A DNA stretch of 64,000 nt, taken from the human T2T-CHM13v2.0 reference genome, Homo sapiens. The notes below the pieces were generated by a model. The model ran no database searches. It saw only the letters and a list, made by a program, of their open reading frames with translations, and was not told the origin of the DNA. Each line of letters starts with the position of its first letter. Positions within the stretch are counted from its first letter, which is position 1. Location: the NCBI RefSeq assembly GCF_009914755.1, contig NC_060926.1; one strand, written 5' to 3'. A program made the position numbers and the translations under genes. Shown here piece after piece: positions 26,162 to 41,848 of the stretch.

Positions 26162-26687
26162 GTTACTTATAGTCAAAATCTTTCTAAATGATAGATTGTA
26201 GTGTTCATATACTATATGATTAATAAATACTTGTAGAATTTAAAATTATTCAATATATTGGTTCATTCTATTAACTCTGTCTATAGGAAACCAAAGCACT
26301 CAGATCCCATGGCTATGGCCCAGCTACTACTATTTTCCTTGTGGTCAGATATAGCCCATAGTATCTAAAGAGAGCCTAAACAGCCTCTGCAAAATTATCC
26401 TACTAATTTCAACCTTAGCCAGCGAAGGAATATTTCCCACAATTTAAATCAATATGCCAGCATTGTGGCTGTATCTTCTTGTCCTTGGAGGCAAAAATAT
26501 TTATTTATGTCAATTAGTAAGTTCCATGAGGTGAGAAATCACCTTTTAAAATATTTTCCAAATGCAATTAATACTTTCGGTCTCCCAAAAGTATTTGAGA
26601 ACAGAAACCAGATAAATTTTCTTAATCACATGCCAAAGAAAAAAAATCAAACCAGAAATTGTATTAATTATTATCTTTTAGTTTAAT

Positions 26688-26860
26688 CATGATTCTCAGC
26701 CCTGGTAGAACAGAATTATCTGCACAACTTTTAAAGAATATCTCTACTTCATCTGCACCCCCAGAAGTTCATTTTTCGTTGGTTTAGACTGGAACTTAGA
26801 GATAATTAGTTGACTAAAGTTTTCAGGTGATTTTAATTACAGCCCAGATTATAACACAGT
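26688..26860. mobile_element. MER5-like hAT MITE
   Basis: tgattctcagccctgg...agaattatctg...cccccagaag...caggtgattttaat. Confidence 0.5.
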
Positions 26861-27169
26861 AGTTGAAGCTGTGTAAGAAGAAACCTCAAAGCTAAATTGT
26901 TCTTTTTGCTTTAGGTAAACCGTCAGTGTGTTTCCATGTAAGTATAACACATTTCTACTTTTTGTATATATTTTCAAAAGCCTCAAATAGTTCTTGGCAT
27001 TACAGGATCACTTGCAAACAATTAGCTATAGCATCAAAGATATTGAATGGCTACTCAAACATCAAAGATTTTTTTTTCCATATTTGAAAGCATATGAAAA
27101 AAATCTAGAGCAAATTTCATGAAGATGTTTTCCTGTCTACAACTCTGAGTCATTAAAAGAAATGCTTTG

Positions 27170-27388
27170 GGCCAGGTGCAGTGACTCACGCCTATAATCC
27201 CAGCAGTTTCGAAGGCCAAGGTCGGAGTATCACTTTAGGCCATGAGTTCAAGACCAGCCTGGGCAACATAGTGAGATCCTGTCTCTAATAAAAATAAAAA
27301 GATTAGCCAGACATTGTGGTGCATGCCTATAGTCCTAGCTACTCGAAGGGCTAATGTGGGAAGATCCCTTCACCAGGAGTTTGACTAT
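27170..27388 (+). mobile_element. AluJ, 3'-truncated, abutting a MER5-like fragment (27390-27535)
   Basis: Complete left arm; right arm stops at ...ccaggagtttgact with no tail. Confidence 0.85.
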
Positions 27389-27634
27389 ATCAGGTGCTTA
27401 TTAAAAGTAAAATTTCTGGGCAGATCTCTGATCTAAGAAATCAGAACCTCTGGTATAAAGCTCAAGAATGACAGTTCAAACAAGACTGCAGATGATTCTA
27501 ACATATACCAATGAACTCTAAACTTTGAGAATCACAAAAATTCCATCCAGTCAGATGCCCTATTCAAAAAATTCTTGAATTTTTTTCTTTTTTTTCTTTA
27601 CGTACTCCCTTTTGACCCATTAAGAGTCATATCT

Positions 27635-28107
<473 letters not shown>

Positions 28108-28138
28108 TATCTATTCTTTGTAATAACCTCTTCCAGAA

Positions 28139-29197
28139 TAGCTAAAAGGCCAGGCTCCTCTGAGCCATCCTTGAGTCAACTTAAGATGCAGACACCTTTT
28201 TCTAATTGGTGTTGCCAGCAGGGGGCACTTGTTTTGAATCTGACCCCTTGGGAAAAAGCAATTTCCCTCATTTAACCACATTTACTATATTGTGACAGTA
28301 TTGCACAAATACTTTTGAATTAGTTCCTCAGGAAGGCAGTCAATGCAGAAAAAGACAAACATTCAGACCTTAAAGGTCTACATTTGCTTCTTTGAAATGT
28401 GTAATGTACACATGGGCTTTCAAAGGCATTAAAAATTTTCAAAGTCCCTACTATGATAAAATATATTCTTCCAAAATAATCACTACCATTGACACTCTTC
28501 AATTTATAAAGCACTAGTTAAAGCATTTCACAACTCCCAAGAAGTAGATGTGCATTTTAAATTGGTGACATGACTTGCCCTGAATCACGTAGCCTGTATG
28601 TAGCAGAGATGGAGATCTGTAGGTAGCCATAGGAGCTCTCCACTCAAAAGTAAGTATTTTCTCTCTAACCTCTTGTCCAGCTGCCAAGAGATTCATTGTT
28701 TCCACTATAAGAGCGTGTCCATCCCTCCCCTCAGTACCATCAGTACTGTATAAATGACTTTATGGTTTTCTCAAAAGTAAGAGTATTAATTACAACTCTC
28801 TGTCATTCAAACAAGTGGAGATTTATCACATTTTACCAAAAAGCACTTTTTAAAACAAAAATGTTTCTTGTATAGCAAAGATAAGGGCTCATCTTTGGAC
28901 CCCACAAACCGCTGATATCCCCTTAAAGGCTCACTTTTCTCTTTCATTCTTGCCCCATCACCAGAGACCAGGTTTTGACTCCCAGTATCAGGAATTCTAC
29001 CTCATATAATTGTGCAGTTGAGCTGTTGCACTCCACGTAAGACTTCAGCCAAGAAGACAACAGGGTAGCTGGAAGGCCAGACTTCTCTCAGCCATCCTGG
29101 AGTCAACTTAAGATGCAGACACCTTTTTCTAATTGGCATTGTCAGTGGGGGGCACTTTTTTCAAATCTGTCCCCTTGGGGAAAGCTATTTCTCTCAT
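28139..29197 (+). repeat. ~130-bp direct repeat pair (28139-28271 and 29066-29197)
   Basis: 37-bp identical core gagtcaacttaagatgcagacacctttttctaattgg; offset 927 bp. Confidence 0.9.
28213..28230 (+). promoter_or_regulatory. Candidate CTCF site
   Basis: TGCCAGCAGGGGGCACTT fits the CTCF core CCASYAGRKGGCRS. Confidence 0.55.
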
Positions 29198-30124
29198 ATG
29201 CATCAAAGCACTGTATATGCCTGTTGGCCCTACCTATATGTATCTCAGGATTAAATAAATAAATAAATAAATAAAAGCTATTGCCTTGTTTTTCCAGGAA
29301 TAGTTCTGTAGTTTTTGCAGAACAAGAAGTCTGCATTCAAAGTAACATGCAGTTTCACTGTTATTGCCCTGTCCAAGCTTGTGGTGTAATTTCTTCTTCA
29401 TTCACTCAGTCTCACAAAAGGGATAATGAAATCAACTTTCATCCAACTTCAGGCAATCATAAAACTCTGAGATTTACAGCTACCACTGCAAAGTCAGTGA
29501 GTATTGTAAGAGCCTTGAATTAGAACAAGTAGTAAAGAATCCATGTAAGAATAGGAAGCTCTGAGGTTGTATATACTAAGACCTTAGTGTTACCTAGACT
29601 CACCTCACAGCTTGTGGAAAAAGCTGATTCCTGGTCCTACCATAGATACTCTGACTTGGATCTGAGGAGGGCCAGCTTCATCTTGAGAATTCTATGTAGG
29701 GTAGGGCTTAGGGGAGGCCATCTGGTTGGAAGACGAAGCTGGGAGGTTTGCCATGAGGCTATGTTTGTAAAGAAAGCACACTCTTTTTAACTTAGTGTGT
29801 ATGTTACAGATCAATATCAATATAAAAGTTTCCTAAACTTTTACTCACACTTTATATAAAAGTGATTACATTGGCCATATTAAAAGTAAGATTTTTATTT
29901 GGGAATGAAGGGAGCTGATGGAGACTGGGTTGGCTACTGCCCTTGGCACCACCACTGAGTTTAACCCAGATGTCTGCCTTTTTAACCATCACCATAGAAA
30001 AGCCTAGTTTATTTATTCATCCACTCAACAAAATGTTTATTGAGATACCAGTATGTGCTGGACATTGTTAGAGATATGTTCTTGGGACACAGTAATAAAA
30101 ATAATGAATAATAATAACAACAAG

Positions 30125-30454
<330 letters not shown>

Positions 30455-32025
30455 TTACATTCTAGTTAGGGGAAGCATGCAATAAAAAAACCATAATATA
30501 TAAGAAATTATAAACTACGTTAAAAGTTTTTCTTCATCTTTGAGAAACATGATCTTGAGAAACAACACATTGCTTAATCAGACGCCTCCCTGATACATAT
30601 TTAGATTGTTACTAGGGCATTTCCCTAGGAGGCCAACTTACTAGAGCTAGAGATAAACTAGATGTGCCTTTCTAGACTTAAAAATGACAAATGCCAAGCT
30701 TGTGTGGGTTTGGAGAGAGAAATGTGTATGTATGCATATAGGTTTAAGTTTAAACACCTTATGGACTACTATCAAATCTCACATACATGTCTTAAGCTCT
30801 AAATCCTATATCCTTAGCACCATACAATGCTGCCTTTCCAAGGAATTAAGCAAGCTTGTTGGAATCTATGAAGGGACAATTGTGAATTGAAGCAGTGATA
30901 TGCCTAAATGTTTAGAAAGTCAACAAACACATATGCAAGTCAATATAAATACAGAAATAGGTCAGTAATTCCTTTTTACTACTTAGGAAGATGTACTATT
31001 CATTTAGAAAGCTAAGGAGAGACAAAATGTCTTTATACTAATTCCCTTAATTTAATCACACCAAATGTCAGGACAGTGTCATTTAAAATCCTTTAATGAT
31101 TTTAAAACAAATGGTCCCTGTAGCAGAAAAATAGTTGAACTAACATTGCTAACATTAATTTAATTTCTTTGGAATTGAAATATTAAATGAACCCATTTTA
31201 TCCCATTTACTTTTCAAATAGTGTTAGGAAATACCTGAGGACCTCTCAGCAAAAATCTAATAGGATCCTCCAATTTGTTCACCAGTTCAGGAGAACTATA
31301 ATAGTGTATGAATTTAGTCTTTAGTAAATTCTATTTAATACATAAAAGAGAGTCTATTATTGCTATGTATGTTTCTCTACAACCTTTCTTTGTGAAGATT
31401 ACAGGCCCAATTTATCAACATCAGAAACTTACTTAGCATGGTTGCGTATTCTATATATATTTTTTCCAACGTTAATGTGAGTCATCATAGCATATCTCCT
31501 TAACCATATGTGCTAGAGCTAAGGACAGACAGTTATTTTAATATTCCTGGCCTAGAATCCTTCCCACAACAAACACATTTGATGCTCATACATGGTCCCT
31601 TTCTTGCCGACACTCACGCCTGTCAAAATGGCATGGTGCCTACTCAACATATGGACTGCTAGCTTTTCTCACTGGGGCACAGTTGCCAAAGAAAGATGGG
31701 TTAAGCTGGGCACCCTGCGTAGCAAAGCAGGTGACAGCTCTCCCGTCCTCCATCATGTGGCTGTAAATCCTCTAGCCACATGCCACTTCCTACCCTATCT
31801 TTTACAGGAAAAGGAAAAGGAGAGGGATCTTTAACAGTATTCCTTTGACTTTCAGACTGTTTCTACTTAGTGCCTTTGCTCTCACTACCTTATATTCATG
31901 GAAAGGAAATCTATCCTCTGCCAAAAACACATTGAAATTTAAAAATCATTTGGAAGCACACAGTTGTAAGAAAAGTTGATAGCCAGCAAAGGCATTAAGT
32001 ATATGTGTGTGCATGCATGCAAATG

Positions 32026-32130
32026 CACACACATGCACATACACACACACACACAGGAAATACGTGTTGTTTCCACCCTTGTTTCTCATTTTCCACCTAG
32101 AATAGACTAGAGCTGGGTGGCCACAGCAGC
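32026..32130 (+). repeat. Donor of a 103-105 bp local duplication (copy at 33229-33331)
   Basis: (CA)n followed by ggaaatacgtgttgtttccacccttgtttctc...tagaatagactagagctgggtgg occurs twice. Confidence 0.97.
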
Positions 32131-32694
32131 ATTAAGTGTTGAAGATAGAACTTAGTGATTGTTTAAGTCTTGTACAAATAGAGCTGTTTGATTACGTTAA
32201 TCCAGTGAATCATTTCCTCCCTAACCAGGCTACATCCTGTTTGGTTTGCAATTTTTATTTTAAAATTTCCAAATCAATTTTTATTTGTCCAAATGAGTTT
32301 GTTTTGGCAATAACAGAAAAGTATCAAGTTTCCCCAAACAAAGACTTTTCCTCATGTCTTTGTGTCTTCGTCATTCTACAGGAAACCCAAATAAGGTGTC
32401 AGTCTGAGTCTGTCTTCTGAGTCCAGAGACTACAGGGATTCCTCCTTCCATCTTACCAAACAAACCCATCTGAACTAAGAGATTAAATTTAAATTGTGGC
32501 CTGGGGTTGAGGCCATGGATCAACTAATTAATTATTACCCCTGCCTGCTCTGTGCCAGGGACTTTTAGAGCAATTTTCTCATTTTATCGTGAGAGCATGT
32601 CTGCAATGTAGGAGTCGGCATTACTTCCATTTTAGAGGTGGTATAGAAATCTGATCGATAATCTCTGCATGATAGCTAGTTAGCACTGTTCTTT

Positions 32695-32935
32695 AATAAT
32701 AAAAATAGCTAATATTTATTAAAATTTTACTGTGCACTGTTCTAAAAATCCTATGCATCTCGGCTCATTTACAAAGACATGAGGGAATCCCTGTCAATAT
32801 CTATAATGTATAGCTGAGGAAAAGGAGGCACTGAGAAGTTAACTGATTTATCTAAGGTCACAACTACTAAGTAGAGCTACCAGAATTCATACCTGTATAG
32901 TCTGACTCTTGAGCTGTTGTTCTTAGCCACTGCTT
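32695..32935 (-). mobile_element. MIR
   Basis: aataataaaaatagctaatatttatt...gctgaggaaaaggaggcactgagaagttaac...aaggtcacaact. Confidence 0.7.
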
Positions 32936-32947
32936 TAATTATTCTAG

Positions 32948-33405
<458 letters not shown>

Positions 33406-35099
33406 TCCAACAATTCTTTAGTCTTGTTCCTTGTTTGTACCTTAAGGACCAAGAATCATGCTACTTTAAAGCACAATTTCATCATGCTGCTGCTCTGCTG
33501 GGAATCCTCTCCAGCTCTCCATTTCCAAACAAACAAACAAAAAGTTAGATTACCATCTTGGCATTTAAGACACCAAATATATTCTGGTTTCTATCAAACC
33601 TTCCAAGCTGACTCTTCCAATTTGGTCTTGTATGTTCTACCCTTGACCATCTTTACACATTTACTTGTGTGATTTTTTTGTTCCTAGTCTGTGGTGTCCT
33701 TGCTGTTTCTCCTTATCCATGCAAAACATCTCAGGTTCTATTTCTACTATGAGTATTCCCTCTATCCACTTCATCTCACAGCAATTTCCCCAACCACTAA
33801 ATCTCTGGAGCACTTGCCAAGGTATCACTTGCTCAGAATGCTCAACAATACTGTCATTGCAATGCTGCTCAGAATGTTGAGCATATACCATGCACTGTTC
33901 TCAGATGTGTAATCTCCCCATTAGCATAGTATGTATAATCTCCCCAATCTCTTTGAAACAATAAATCATGCCTGTATTTTTGTGGTATGTCATAATACCT
34001 ACTACATTTCTTGAACAAGCCATGTCTTGAACAGTCTCCAATAATTTGTGTCTACCATTGTATTTCTAGATTTGTACTCCTTGAGAGTGATTCTTTTTGA
34101 AAGTTTTGAGTTTCGTAAGGCCTCAATTACAAACTTAGATGTGATCACTTTACAAAAGGTTACCTTCTAACCAGTACCAACTATTTGCATCATTCTGAAA
34201 GATCAGTATCAATATGAGGAAAAAAGAATTCTATCTCAATAATAGACCTCTCAAAGATGAATTCCTTCCAAACATCATGTTTTATAAAAGAGTGAAGGTT
34301 TTAATTTCTTAATAGTTTTAGTTACATATGCCAGGAAATGGAAGGCCACTATTACATTTATTTCATTTTTTAAACATCATACTATCTATCATTTGCATGA
34401 ATAAATACATCACCCAAAATGAAAACTTTTATTATTCTGAGAAAATAGGATCTGTGCATTTGCTGCTTAATTTTTAATAGTCAATTGTTACTTAGAATTA
34501 ATTTAAAAGTTCATTTAGTAATATATATGAACAAATATTAGTGGTATTCCTGGAAAACCTTTTCTGCAGTCCTGCCAAGCATCCAGAAAATTGTCTTGTT
34601 GACTTCTCAAGGGTGTTTCAACTCTTTGATTCTAGGAATCCAGGATTCTTTGCCTGTCTACCCCCTCTGGTTAAAGGCAACCACTTTGGTCTCATTCTCT
34701 CTCACGCATTTTGGAAGGTCTCCAAGTGTAAAATGGTACAACATATGTAGCCTGCAAGCAGGGCAGGCATAAGAAACACCATAAGGATACACTAAAGCAA
34801 ACTTCAAGCTGTGGAACGCTGGGAAACAATCACAGGCAACACACCAACTTGGCATAAAACAATCAGAGAATGAGGTGGCTTTTTTCAAGCAAAAGCATCA
34901 TACTGGCTGAGGCGAAGAGGACCACAAAGATAGAAATATTGTACCCAGCAGTTAATGCTGCTAGCCAAGAGTGATCTTCAGAGGTACAGTGCAGAAAGGG
35001 GTGATGGTCACACGTTCTTCCCATTTATATTCACATGCCTGAAAATACTGCCCCAGCATCAGTCTCTTTCACTGTAACTACATATCTATGCATGCTAAA

Positions 35100-35900
35100 T
35101 GAAACCTGCTCTATCTTTCCAACCCTTCTTTCCCTAGTGAATTCCTACTCATTCTTAAGAATGCATTTCAAAGGTCAACCTCTCAGCAAAGTCTTCCCTG
35201 ACTACTCCTGGAAGAGTTAACAGCTCCCTCTTCTGCAGTCTCTCAGTATTTTATGGCATTTATAACATCATGTTATATTTATGTACTTATGGGCCTGTGT
35301 TCTGGATATACTGTAAGCTCCTTCAGAGCACAGACCAGGTCCTTTTTATTCACTATCATATCCCAAGTGACCACTATGGTGATCTATACTCAGAAGGCAC
35401 TGCATATGTTTGTTGGGTGAATAAATGAAAGTACCTATTTCCATCTTTCCTTTATTTGTTTACTAAGTATTTATCAAATGCCTGTTTATGTGCATTGTTC
35501 CAGACACTTGAGAAACAGCAGCAAACCACAGACATACACTCTTCCATCATAGAATTATATTATATTGGGGGGAGACAGAAAACAAACATGAAAAATAAAA
35601 AGACATTGTTTTTGTTGCATCGTGATAAATGATGAGAGAAATTACAATGCAAAGAAAGGGGACAGGGAATCTTAGAGGAAGGCTGTAACCTCAAATAGGG
35701 TGGTTACCTCACGGAGAACATATTATTTAGGTAAACACCTGAGGAGAAGAGGGAGAGGGCCTCATAAATATCAGAGAAAAAGAGGAGTACAGAGAAAAGC
35801 ACAAGCACAAAGGCCTTGGGCAGGAAAGGATTTGAAAGCATTCAATGTCTACATATAGTTCCCAGAATGTGGCAGAATAATGTACAATGAATTGATCTAG
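35100..35900. mobile_element. Tail-to-tail L2 3' fragments (+ to ~35430, - from ~35455)
   Basis: ctgtaagctccttcagagcacagacc...tgaataaatgaa; then aagtatttatcaaatgcc...gttccagacacttgagaaacagca. Confidence 0.65.
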
Positions 35901-36400
35901 GAGACTCAATAAAATAAGTAAAGCATTAAAGTAATTTACAAAAGAGACTCAAGGAATTTAGACATTGACTCTAAGTATTTAAGATAATGTAATTCCAAAG
36001 CATTCTCTATCAACTCAGTAAAATTCAAATTCAATATTGCCCTGTAAAGTCTACAATTTCTGTCAGGGCTGATATTTTTAAGTGGGGAAAATTCCTTTAG
36101 GCTCAGTCAGACCAAGGAAGAAAGTCTTAGTTTTTCTTCTCAAACTGACCTACCCTTAGATCAATCTTTCACATGGTTTGGTAAATAAGTCTCTTTATAG
36201 TTCATGGGCTAACAATTCCTGATTCATAAAGAATTTTCCTTCTTCTCTCTCAATGGTGCTAACTCTTTGACCTCCATTCTCACACGCTTTGTTTCTGATC
36301 CCCAGCTCCCAAACTTCGTGGACCATCTATTTCTTTACCACCATGGCAAATACTCTTGACAGAGCACCAGAGATGCCTGAGCCTTAGAGTCCAGACTTTA

Positions 36401-36786
<386 letters not shown>

Positions 36787-39700
36787 AATAGTCAGTCATG
36801 ATAGGGAAAGGCTGCCCCTTATTTAACTCCCCTCCTCACTGTTTCCTTATTTTGCTGTTTTAAACTGTTATCTCTGCAGCACATCTACAATTCTGCATAT
36901 AAAGTTTACAGCAAAATAATAAGTTTTATTTTATAAAAAAACTTTATTAAAAATAATTTTCCTATGAACTGAGGGGTGTGAAAGTTGTTTAATACTATAA
37001 TCATACTAGAATAAAGGCCTTAACCTAGTGTCATTTTGTAAATATGTGCATTTTCACAGGGAGAAAGTCCATAGTTTTCAACAAATTCTCAAGAGAATCA
37101 ACTATATTTGTAAAATAAGATAGTAAAAACCAAAGAACTGTTTTTTAGGAACATGAATTAACAAGATAAAGAGCCTTCTGCAATGATATTTAGAAGGCAA
37201 TGTATACCTGCTCAAGATATAGGCAATATTAAAAAAGAGACTATCAGTCAACATTAACTTACCAGACTGATTAAAATTCTGTGCCAATTAAGAAATCTGA
37301 AAACTCCAACTAAAAAACAAATATGTATTCTCATTATTAACTATCTATTTTTTAATGAAAGATTATCCAAAAGAGAACAGTTAAGGGCATATGAGAGTTA
37401 TATAGAAGGCTACAACTAGTGACTTTACCAGTGACCTTACCATACTATTAAAAAATCACTATATACATGCACAAGAATGAAAGTGTATTCTTTCATTGTA
37501 GAAATTACAAATACTACTGTATCAAGGTACCACCAAGGTGACTGTTTCAGAACACAGGCCGGGGGACCTATTTTCTGTTCCTGCTTTGGTCTTTGTCTCT
37601 CTCCATGCACCTTGAAAAGATGTGTTAGTCTTTATATCTCCTTTTTTTCCCCATAAAGTCACAGAACCACTTGTTTATTATTTACTTTTTAGTGTATTCA
37701 GAGAAAATTTTAAATATCAGGCCAGTTTTTCATAACTACTCAAGATATTCTGTTCACTACCATGCAAATACCCCTTCAGGAGATGCAAATTACTTTTATT
37801 ATTATATTAAGAACTGCAAAGTGAAGCCAAAGAATAATTCAGTGAGTTACATAATATGTGTTCTAAAGATGGATATAAAATAATTTTAAATTATATTTTT
37901 GTTGTAATAACAATTCCGTTCATGTTCTCTGCTAGAATATGACAGCATTTGGCAAAGGTGATGCACGAACCCCAGGGTGTTGTACAAGACAGTCAATTAG
38001 GTTTGGAAGGAAAATAATTAGCCTTGTACTTATATTTACATTGGCTTTATGATATCATACTCCTTGTTTCCCATCCTTTGTGTATGTGATGCAAAGTAAA
38101 TAAATTATAGTATTTTATAATATATTGGATACTAGTTTGCTGTAGTCTACATAAGCATACTAGTTTTGATACACTTTATTGTTACTACTACTACTGTCTT
38201 ATTACTAAATTGTTAATATACTATATAATTATAAAAGAAATATGTAGTGTAGTCCTGTATGCATATAATCTAGTAAACAAATATTCACAGTTTGTAGGGC
38301 AAACGCATGCCAAAAAGATTTACTGGCTATGGAGTTTATTATTAAAATCAGTTTGGAGACCACTGGTGCTGTAGTGTGACGCTTAAGGATTCAATCAACA
38401 ACACACAAGTAAAAATATAAATGTAGAAAAGCACATTGAGTAAGGATAACGGTGTTGCCTTCACTATTGACACCTATGAAATGGAATTTTAATAGGGCAT
38501 GTTGGAGGGTGGTCAACAGAGACAATTTTGCTAATTAATATGGATGGAGGATGTTACTTTAAGAAGGGTATGGAACACCTGAAAGTGTCTAGTTGAGAAA
38601 GAAGAAATAGCAATCGTGTGTGCATGCCTCCCAAGCGCCTTGTTGGCCTGTCTCTCTCAAGAAGTGTATGATTAAGACATACAAGTTTCCAGTCATCAGT
38701 GTAAACAGGATTTTGATTTGGTTTGGGAAAGCAAGCATAAAGAAATTATACGTATCAAAAAGAGTAGATAGGTCACAGTGTCTGTAGTTCTTATGGAAGA
38801 GGGAAGCACAAAAAGCCCACATTAGCACATCAGTGAGAACTCCATTTGCCATACACCTACTATGAAAACCGAGAACTGAAAGGCCTTGTACCTTGCCTCC
38901 TTTTCAGGTCTGTTCAGAAAATAAACCAGAACCATACTTAAAAAAAAAAAATGATGAAACTACAAATAACATATTAAATTATTCTTGAGTTGAAATAGAA
39001 TGAAAGTTTCAGCTTCTGCCTTAGTGGATGGGAAATGAGGTTAGTTCAGACAAATCATAGTTGCAGAAAGTAATCTTCTTGTAGGCATCTAAGATAATTA
39101 GGAAACAACCCAACAACTGTTTTTAGAGTCTTCCTAGTCTTGGGAGAGCATAGCAGAGGAAGAAAGCATCTGCAAAAGGCTTGGCGTTCCCTGGAAGACA
39201 GGCACTGCTTGAGTCCTAGTACTACATGACCATATTTGTTTTAACTTAGTAATGTTCAAAAATTACGATATTCCAAAGATGGGAGGATAATAATGCCCAT
39301 GAACTATCTGGAATAAAACTATAGATCAATTTTCAGAAAATATCCAATGTGGGATTTAAGGGTTCTTTCACTTTCTTCAAATTCCTGGGATTTTTAAAAC
39401 TATATTGTTGCTAAGTGAGTCAGTTCACACACTCCTCATGACCTCCCCACCCCTACATTCCCGCGGATGCTTTGTGGAACTGCTGATGCACACTGATGCC
39501 CCAGTAGAGGTTTCCTGCTAGCCTTCGTGTTTTTCCTCTCTCCTTCAGCTGTCATTCCTTCTCAGTTTATCATCATCGATAAAGCCTAGAGGTAGCTTGT
39601 CTGCCATAAATACTTATCTGATACAGAAGGGAAAAAGCCTTTTGGAACATGACTAGGTGGCCTGTCTTGTCCTATATTTGCCTGGGGAAATGTGAGAATT

Positions 39701-41836
39701 TGTAATCCCTATTGCTAGGGATTTCTGGTCATTTTGAAGTACCATTAAAATGATTATCAAAGATTTAAATTCAGCAATGAAACACATGATTCTCTTAATG
39801 ACAAGGTCAACTTAATTGGGTGTCTGTCCTAAGTGAAATATTGCTCATAACTGGCATCCCCCGATGTAGTTTAACATAAAATTATAAGTTGGAATTATTT
39901 TTTTAAAAAAAGCAGTGTATAGAAACTGAATAGTATAATTTCAGATCTGAGATTTCTAGCAGAGATTACAAGAAAACATAACTAATCAACAATCTTTATC
40001 AATTAAACATATTTTAATTAGTCCTGTGCTAGTAGGCAAGTCTAATCTGTCTCAGTCCCATCTTTTAAGAAAGACTTGTCTAAAATGTTAACCTGATTTC
40101 TCATTTATTTTCATTATTAGTCAGGTGTTATGACCTTCCACTTCATTTGCTTGATCCCTATGTCCTTGCCTCGGAAGAATCACAGATAAATTGTCTTGTG
40201 ATTATATTTACTGATTAAAAATATTAATATGTTACCAATTTCTCAGTCTAATGTACTTAACACTAATTTTCAGATTTGTAATACATTTCCACCTAGTCCT
40301 AATTATGTTTTCAATATTCACTGAGATAGGAATATTTAAAACTGTCTAATGTAGACATTTTCACCTACTCTTTTTCCAAAAATTGTAAATACATGGCACA
40401 GCAGAAGTCCTCCCTCCTTGACCTCAGGGAAACTGAATTAAACAACACTTGGCACCAGGCTTTCAACCTGTATAATCATTATGGTAGGCCCTGTGCCAAT
40501 CCTGTTTATGCACAACCCTCAGCATGCAGTATTAAGGAACAACAAGGATGGCAAGCATCCCATTGAAGAATTAATTAGCAGACCGCCTGGACTCATCAGA
40601 ATGGTAAATAATTATCCTCTGACAAACTTAGTCAGATGTTAGAAGAAATTGCCATTGGAATTGATGTCAATGGCCACAATTCATTATTTAAAAGCTACCA
40701 GTGGCTACATTTTGCATAGAACTTGAAAGACGCCCCAGTCAGGTGATGAGCCATCAGTATCGCATTTTCCTGCCTGTGGGAATATCCAGCTGTCCTCCCC
40801 GCATCCCACACTCAGACCCAGTCTTCCAGGTCAGCTTTTTCTTTCCTTCACACTGAATCCTCATACCATACTCAGATGTGCCCAAGTAATGGATTGATTA
40901 AACATATTACCCTGCCTTGTTCAGCATGATTTTAATCCTGTCTGTGGCATCAAAACACAAGGACAGCTTCTTATCATTTATCCCAATTCTTGGCAAGAGG
41001 AGAGATTTCTTAGGTGTTTGTTGTCCTCTTCCTTTGACACTATTACCTTTGGTCAGGTTAAAAATACTTGTGAACTAAATGACTGATAATTGGTTAATCT
41101 ACCTAAGTTAGCAATGGGTAAGAAGCATTACCTGGAAATGCATTCTCCTCCACGTTTTAAAATGGACAAGGAAGGTAATTCAATACCTTCCTACATAGTA
41201 CGCATCCTTCAGTTATGCCAACTACGAAATGGGTCACTTTAAGTAATTTGAGGAAGAAAGAACACAGTTAAGTAGAATCATGATGCAGACTTTCATTTTA
41301 CGAAAAGCATTAAAAATTCAACTAGGTCAGATGCTTTCTAGCTCAGAGTCCCACTGGAGTCTCATAAAGCTTAAATATGTAGGTTTAGGTGGTACAGTCC
41401 TCAGAATCACTCTCTCACCCTCATAGCAAAATGCCTCTTACGATTATGAGGAGGAGTGCAGTACACTTTCCCATAAAAATATATCATGATATCCATCAAA
41501 CGTATTGTACAGCATGATAGATATTCCCTTCTAAATTTTGACAGGACAATGAGCATGGCAGACTTGGCAAAGTCGCATGAATTGTTTTTACCTCAGAAAT
41601 GTGTGCCAAGTAGTCCCGAGCAAGTAGGCATGAAGGCATCCCTCTCATTGCCATGTAGCCCTAAGGAGTTTATGCATTGCAGGCATTGCTAACCAAGATA
41701 GATGCAGATCACATCAAAGTTTCCTTTCGTAACTCCACTGTAAATCACCCCATTGTCATAAATGCTTCAGTCCTAGTCCCAGATTACGTAGGAGGGCTGT
41801 AACTGTTAAATTCTTATCTTTGAGAGTAATGACACT

Positions 41837-41848
41837 CAAGATGGCGGC
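41837..41848 (+). promoter_or_regulatory. Perfect YY1 consensus CAAGATGGCGGC
   Basis: Exact match with CpG retained, in apparently non-repeat DNA. Confidence 0.4.

Larger units (their letters stand above)
24810..26195 (+). mobile_element. Old MLT1-type LTR hosting the THE1 insertion
   Basis: ccaatttccattgtc...agaacctcaattttg start; MLT1-like end gttacttatagtcaaaatctttctaaatgataga resumes after 26161. Confidence 0.45.
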
